A DNA stretch of 64,000 nucleotides from an uncultured Planctomycetota bacterium (GTDB lineage: Bacteria; Planctomycetota; Planctomycetia; Pirellulales; Lacipirellulaceae). Positions 58,729 through 64,000 of the stretch are shown here, one piece after another. The notes beneath the pieces are model-generated. The model searched no databases. It was given only the letters and a program-made list of their open reading frames with translations, and was not told where the DNA came from. The stretch lies in contig CAVRBU010000002.1 of NCBI GenBank assembly GCA_963719315.1, positions 704,001 to 768,000 on the forward strand, read 5' to 3'. Made by a program: the position numbers and the translations under genes. How positions within the stretch are numbered: position 1 is the stretch's first letter; each line of letters opens with the position of its first letter.

Positions 58729-60308
58729 TATTCTGGTCTTAACAACGGAAACAAAACCACATCCCTGATCGATTGCGTATTCGTTAGCAGCATCACCAGT
58801 CGGTCGATGCCGAGGCCTAGGCCGCCGGCCGGGGGCATGCCGTGGCGCAGTGCGCGGATGAAGTCGGTGTCCATCTTGGCCATCGAGTCTTCGTCGGCCA
58901 GACCCGCGAGCTGCGTTTTCAATAGCTGTTCCTGCAAATCTGGGTCGTTGAGTTCGGTATAGGCGTTAGCGATTTCCATGCCGTGCACGAGCAATTCAAA
59001 CCGCTCCGCCACCGCCGGGTTGTCGGCCTTGCGCTTGGTGAGCGGGCAGATGCTGGCCGGGTAGTCGATGACAAAGATGGGTCCGGTGAGCGACTTCTCG
59101 ATCTTGGCCTCGAAGACCTCGCTCTTGATGACGTCGGGGTGCTTACCGGCCGATTCGAGACCGGCCGTTTTCGCGATGCTGGCGACGGCGGCCGGGTCGG
59201 TGGCATCGATGTTCAATAAATCGCGGAACAGCTCATCATACGATTTGCGGGCGAACGGCGGCGTGAAGTCGATCCTCTTATTACCCCACGTGAGTGTCAG
59301 CGGCTGTCCGGTCGAGCGGATGGCATCGACGATGCAGGTTTCGGTGAGGTCCATCATCGAGCGGTAATCGCCATAGGCCTGATAGGCCTCGAGCATCGTA
59401 AATTCAGGATTATGGCGCTGGCTGATGCCTTCGTTGCGATACACGCGGCCCAACTCATAAACCCGTTCCATGCCGCCAACCATCAGCCGCTTGAGATGCA
59501 GTTCGAGCGCGATTCGCAGATAGAGGTCGATATCGAGCGCGTTGTGGTGTGTTTTGAACGGGCGGGCAGCCGCGCCGCCGGCGATCGAATGGAGCGTCGG
59601 CCCTTCGACTTCCACAAACCCGCGCGCGGCAAGCGTGTCGCGAATCGAGCGGATGATCTTGGTGCGGTTCAAAAATCGCGGCATCACTCCTTCGCCGTAA
59701 GTAAGGTCGAGGTAGCGCTGCCGCTGGCGGAGTTCGGGGTCGGTTAGGCCGTGGTGCTTTTCGGGCGGAGCGGCAAGGCTCTTGGTGAGGATCGTGAGCC
59801 GGTGGGCGAAGATCGAAAGCTCGCCCGTCTTCGTGCGGCGGAGCTCGCCATCGACGCCGATGATGTCGCCCAAGTCGAGACATTGCGCTAGTGCCCAATC
59901 GTCGCCCACTTGTTGCTGACCGACGAAGAGCTGGATCTGGCCAGTCATATCTCGAATATCAATGAACTGTAGCTTGCCCTTGTCGCGATGGAGCACAATA
60001 CGCCCGGCGGCCCGAACGTTCGGCCCCGTCATTTCGCCGGGGCCCTGCTCCGAAAGCCATTTGCGGAAATCAAAATCGGCGCCGGCGGTTGCGAGATCGG
60101 GTAGCGGCACCTGGCGGCCGTCTTGCGTTTTGTACTTGATCTCGTTCGCACGCCCGCGGATTGCGGTAATGGCAGCATGGTCATCGAACCGCAAGCCCCA
60201 CGGATCGAGCCCGAGCTGCGTGATCCGCTCCAACTTTTCGCGACGCGACGACTCCCAATTGCCGCCCGTCGTCGTCGTTGCCGGTTGGTCAGTCACGGTG
60301 GAGCTCAT
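58728..60308 (-). CDS. lysS: Lysine--tRNA ligase (class II)
   Basis: AAGRI, RQRYLDL, GGAAARPFKTHHNAL, YRNEGIS.RHNPEFTMLE, NAYTELNDP, GMPPAGGLGLGIDRL. Confidence 0.97.
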   Translation of the reverse strand: MSSTVTDQPATTTTGGNWESSRREKLERITQLGLDPWGLRFDDHAAITAIRGRANEIKYKTQDGRQVPLPDLATAGADFDFRKWLSEQGPGEMTGPNVRAAGRIVLHRDKGKLQFIDIRDMTGQIQLFVGQQQVGDDWALAQCLDLGDIIGVDGELRRTKTGELSIFAHRLTILTKSLAAPPEKHHGLTDPELRQRQRYLDLTYGEGVMPRFLNRTKIIRSIRDTLAARGFVEVEGPTLHSIAGGAAARPFKTHHNALDIDLYLRIALELHLKRLMVGGMERVYELGRVYRNEGISQRHNPEFTMLEAYQAYGDYRSMMDLTETCIVDAIRSTGQPLTLTWGNKRIDFTPPFARKSYDELFRDLLNIDATDPAAVASIAKTAGLESAGKHPDVIKSEVFEAKIEKSLTGPIFVIDYPASICPLTKRKADNPAVAERFELLVHGMEIANAYTELNDPDLQEQLLKTQLAGLADEDSMAKMDTDFIRALRHGMPPAGGLGLGIDRLVMLLTNTQSIRDVVLFPLLRPE

Positions 60309-60680
60309 GCAGGTAGGTGCGCGGCGCGGGTGGGGCGTGCCAAACGTGGGGGGAGGACGCTCGCAACGGGCGGGGACGGAGCATTTTAGTGTGTGGTAGC
60401 AACCGGTCAATGGCGGCTTGGATACCGGTCGTGCCGGCCATCGAATGCAGTCATGCTATCGGAAATCGCTGGTCTGTGCGATACGCGCGCGTTGCGTGCA
60501 GCTGCCGGCTTGTCCGGCAGTGGCACTCGACGCGGCCTGTTGTGGCCGAACTCTTGCGAGATCGGCTACGTAAATCGCGTTGACTTGCCTTACAACCATT
60601 CCTACTATTCCCTCACCTTCCTTTCATGCCGGCGGCGCTCAGCGGGGACATGGGCGGCCATCGGTCAGGAACAGTTCTTC

Positions 60681-61504
60681 ATGGCCCGCAAGGTTCGAAT
60701 CGCCGCGGTTGGCAGCGTGGTTGTTACGGCTTTGCTCGTAGCGATCCTCGGCGGCGCTATTACGCCGCGCGGCAGGTTCGACCGTTCTACGAGCAAGCAT
60801 TGCAGATCGAGCCGGAAGTACTCGAGCGCGGCAGTCGCGAGCTGGAAAGCCGCGCGACGGCCCTCTACAGCGACGTGAAGCAAGCCGGCCGCTGGCAGGC
60901 GTTGTTCACAGCCGAGCAGATCAACGGCTGGCTCGCGATGCAAGTTTCGCAAAATTCGGGCAATGAATTGCCAACAACTATCCGCGACCCGCGTGTGGCG
61001 ATCGGCCACGACGAGTTGACGCTCGGCTTTCGCACGACATCGGGCGGCATGGAAACCGTTATTTCAGTCGATGCGGCCGCGTCGCTAACGGATGATGGGG
61101 CGGTGGCGATCCGCTTGATTTCCGTGCGAGCGGGCGCGTTGCCGTTACCCGTGCTTCAATTGGCCGACGAACTGGCGGGCGCGTGCCAAAAATTGAAACT
61201 CCCCGTGCGATGGACTCGTCAGGATGGCAAACCGGTGGCACTCGTTGAAATTCAAGCGTCCGAACCGGTGTACGTCGACGCTATTCAATTGGACGAAGGC
61301 CAACTTTACGTGGCCGGGCATACGGAATCGGACAGAGGCAACGAAACCGCATCGAATTCGGCGAGCGGTTCACATTCGGCCGGCGACGACGGCATGGACA
61401 AATTCGAATTGCGCCTGACGCCGCAGAACGAGCAGGCGGCCCTGGAAATCGCGCGACGGCCAGCGGCCACTAAAGCCGACAAGGACGATTCGGCGGCGCA
61501 TTAG
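60681..61504 (+). CDS. Membrane-anchored hypothetical protein; apparent 1-bp deletion near 60757
   Basis: MARKVRIAAV + TM in one frame continues as YYAARQVRPFYEQAL..W..LFT.EQINGWLA in ORF 60626..61504. Confidence 0.7.
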
Positions 61505-61540
61505 ATTAGACTCGTACGCGCTTTGCGCGGTAGCAGAAGT

Positions 61541-61604
61541 GTAGCTGAACTCGCAAGAGTTCAGTCCTGCTCGCGGAAATCTGAATTCTTGTGAATTCAG
61601 CTAC
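61541..61604. repeat. GTAG-type REP doublet between convergent genes
   Basis: GTAG-CTGAACTC-gcaa-GAGTTCAG and inverted GTAG-CTGAATTC-acaa-GAATTCAG. Confidence 0.85.
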
Positions 61605-62028
61605 TCGTCAGTATCCAGCGCGTTCCATCTTCATCCGAACGATTGATTCGAAATTGACCTGTTGCACCGTCGCCCGCGAGCGAAAGTTGCCAACACGTCG
61701 GCGTTTCAGACTCACTCGCATATCTTCCGGCCGCCACGCGAATCACGCGGCCGCGATCGTCGCTCAGTTCGCCCTCGAAGTCGAGGTAGTCGCGACGATG
61801 GTTGCCGAGCTGTTCGGCCATGACCTCATTGCCGCTCGTTAGCGGTGGACAATGTGGATAACGCTCAACGGTGCGGGCGTGGGCGACATGCCATTCGCGC
61901 GGCAAGTTTTCGAGCGCCCAGGTCCGCAGGGTGTCGCCCGACTCCAGCATGAGATCCCAATGCGACGGCCGGGCGGATTGCGGCGGACAATCGTGATAGA
62001 GCAGTACAAAGTGGGGCATTCCGGCCAT
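61597..62028 (-). CDS. Stand-alone LigD-type 3'-phosphoesterase (PE) domain protein
   Basis: FVLLYH, HWDLMLE, LRTWAL, HRRDYLDFEG, RGRV motifs. Confidence 0.75.
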   Translation of the reverse strand: MAGMPHFVLLYHDCPPQSARPSHWDLMLESGDTLRTWALENLPREWHVAHARTVERYPHCPPLTSGNEVMAEQLGNHRRDYLDFEGELSDDRGRVIRVAAGRYASESETPTCWQLSLAGDGATGQFRINRSDEDGTRWILTSS

Positions 62029-62045
62029 TCTAGCCGAACGCCGCG

Positions 62046-64000
62046 TCAGGGAGATGCCCCAAGAATGTCGATTGGGTCGGAGTCGACGGTCTTCGGCGTC
62101 GTCAGACTACTCGCCGCGACCTGAGCGCTGGCCTGCACCTTACCCGTACGATTGGGCGTGACGGGTACCACATATTGCTTCTGTTGGCCCGGTTGTAGCT
62201 CGGAGATTGGCGCGAAGCGTATTTCCTGACCGAGCACGGTGGCTTCGGACTGCGGTTGGATGCTCGTTGGATCAACCGTCAGCTCTTGCGGGAGCAGGAT
62301 ACGCGTCGCAACCTGACGCTCAACCTGTTGGCCGGCATTTGCAACTGTAACATTGATGACTTGCTTCTGGCCGACTCGGCCAGGATTGGAATTCGTTGAG
62401 ACGGACAGTCGCAAATCGATGGCGGGCGCGACGGCAGCGCCTCCGCCGGGCGTGGCTCCTGTAAGCAGCGGCAGAATCTCGAAGCAAGTTTCATCTGCAA
62501 CGGTCAGGCCGCCGTCTGCAGATAGAAGGAAACGAACGCACGCTTTGTTACTCGCCGCTCTGCACAAAGCGGCAATGCCAAATGTTCGCCGTTCACCCGG
62601 TTCGAGCCGATCGATGCGGAGCAAGATGCCGCCGTCCGCCAATAATTCGTGTCCCTCGCCTGCACCAACCGGCTGCAGCGATTCATTGCAGCGCGCGACA
62701 ATCTCAATATTGGTTGCTGCGACTTCGCCCGTATTCTTAATGACCGCATTGACCTTCGCGGTTTCGCCTATGATCTGTCTCACTGGACCGTTCGCATTAA
62801 CCGTCAATGATGCTTGCTGCGCAGTGACGCATCCATGCTGAGTTACGGGGTCGGCGCCGTCAGCCGTGACGGTAACGTCGTGGCATTGCATGCCGGCGTC
62901 AACGACTCGAAAAGTAAGCGGCGTCGAATCCGTTTCATTGGGCTGCAGGTCGCGCATGCCTAAGTATTCGACGTGATACACGCCGGCGGCCGCGGCCGGG
63001 TGCCGCAAGCCGCGATCAAAGGTGTCACCGATTTTTATGTGCCGCGCAACGCCGTCGCCGCGATTGGTCACGGTGAGCAAAAATGTTACATTTTGACCAA
63101 CCGCAACTTGCTTCGGTTCAGCGGCGCCTAAGGTCACTTCGAGCCGCGGTTTGCCAGTTGCCGCGGCGGGAGGTGTATACGGATTGGGCGGCGGAGCGGG
63201 CGCGGGCGACGCTACGTTTGGCGCCGGCGCGGGTTGGGACACTGCGGGTGGAAGTGCAGGAGGCGGGCCAAAGGTGGAGGGCGGCGCCGGCAATGCGAGT
63301 GGCGTGCCAGGTGCAACGGGTCCTGTCGGCAGCGCGGGAACTCCAACCGCAGGGGCGACGGCCGCGCCCCAAGTGATCGTAGTCGCCGCGCGGCCGAGTT
63401 CGAGCCGCTGCATGGGAATGGGGCCGGCCGTCGCTGGTCGAATGATCGTGATGCCAACGTTTGTCACGCCGCCCGCCGCATTTTTCGGGCTGACCTCAAC
63501 GCTCGCCCGGCCGGCCGCGTCGGTGGTCGATTCGACCGAGTTGCCGCCTTCGTAGCCCAGCGCGGCGCCGCCGGCGACGTCGTACCGCACAATCCAGCCG
63601 GCGAGGGGCGCGCCGTCGGTCCGTCGCATGACGTTCGTGGTGAGCGCGTGCGGCCGCCCTGCCTCGGCTGCAGCCGTCTGCGTGAAAACCCATTGGGCGT
63701 CAATCCACTGAATGGTTGCGGTCGCTTGGTTGTATTGGCTGAGCCACGGTGCATTGGCCGTGACGACGGTCGTGCCTTCAGACGGAGATGAGAGCGTCAC
63801 CCAAGCTTCGCCACGAAGAATGGGGATGTCGTCATTCGGATCGGGCGTCGCTGTGTTGAGCGTAATCGGCACCACCGCAGTGCTAGATATTGCCGACCAG
63901 TCGTCGATTTTGTGCGGTACTTCGAGCAGGCCCAAAAGCTGCCCGCGGTCGCGGAAGCCCATCTCGGTAAATTGGCCGACGCTGTTGGCAGCGATCGACC
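62046..64000 (-). CDS. DUF11 (OmcB-like) multi-Ig-domain protein, 5' end outside the window
   Basis: Frame is open to the window edge; repeats VAVGQNVTFLLTVTNRG..A, IKNTGEVAATNI, VTVANAG; LQPG motifs; Pro-rich linker. Confidence 0.8.
   Translation of the reverse strand, partial: SIAANSVGQFTEMGFRDRGQLLGLLEVPHKIDDWSAISSTAVVPITLNTATPDPNDDIPILRGEAWVTLSSPSEGTTVVTANAPWLSQYNQATATIQWIDAQWVFTQTAAAEAGRPHALTTNVMRRTDGAPLAGWIVRYDVAGGAALGYEGGNSVESTTDAAGRASVEVSPKNAAGGVTNVGITIIRPATAGPIPMQRLELGRAATTITWGAAVAPAVGVPALPTGPVAPGTPLALPAPPSTFGPPPALPPAVSQPAPAPNVASPAPAPPPNPYTPPAAATGKPRLEVTLGAAEPKQVAVGQNVTFLLTVTNRGDGVARHIKIGDTFDRGLRHPAAAAGVYHVEYLGMRDLQPNETDSTPLTFRVVDAGMQCHDVTVTADGADPVTQHGCVTAQQASLTVNANGPVRQIIGETAKVNAVIKNTGEVAATNIEIVARCNESLQPVGAGEGHELLADGGILLRIDRLEPGERRTFGIAALCRAASNKACVRFLLSADGGLTVADETCFEILPLLTGATPGGGAAVAPAIDLRLSVSTNSNPGRVGQKQVINVTVANAGQQVERQVATRILLPQELTVDPTSIQPQSEATVLGQEIRFAPISELQPGQQKQYVVPVTPNRTGKVQASAQVAASSLTTPKTVDSDPIDILGASP

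Noticed and set aside
1..64000. tRNA, rRNA, prophage, integrase or defence-system genes
   Set aside because: None recognised by eye; a covariance-model or HMM scan would be needed to exclude small RNAs.

Overview
GC-rich bacterial chromosomal segment, almost certainly from a planctomycete (Pirellulales/Lacipirellulaceae-like). The evidence is the gene families present: dockerin-like + PEP-CTERM surface proteins, three sulfatases, a DUF1559 prepilin-like protein, a YTV cysteine-rich repeat protein and a DUF11 protein. Housekeeping genes include comM/yifB, ogt, recJ, rpmG (missed by the ORF track), hsp20, an FKBP PPIase, sat-cysC, trxA, ilvE, lolD/lolC-like and lysS. Two near-identical IS630 copies in inverted orientation (6996-8174 and 42604-43781) bracket about 34 kb, and the left one cuts off an autotransporter-repeat gene. 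About 11 apparent 1-2 bp indels split otherwise intact genes, including trxA, which points to read or assembly error rather than real pseudogenes. The most unusual signal is a dense and varied set of small repeats: GTAG/GTGG REP-like hairpins, 7/8/9-mer periodic inverted arrays and a perfect (CCCTGAA)15 tract. Two of these sit in frame inside conserved enzymes (YifB, RecJ), and others supply stop codons or 5' leaders. No rRNA, tRNA, CRISPR array or prophage was recognised. All family assignments come from motif recognition, not database searches.
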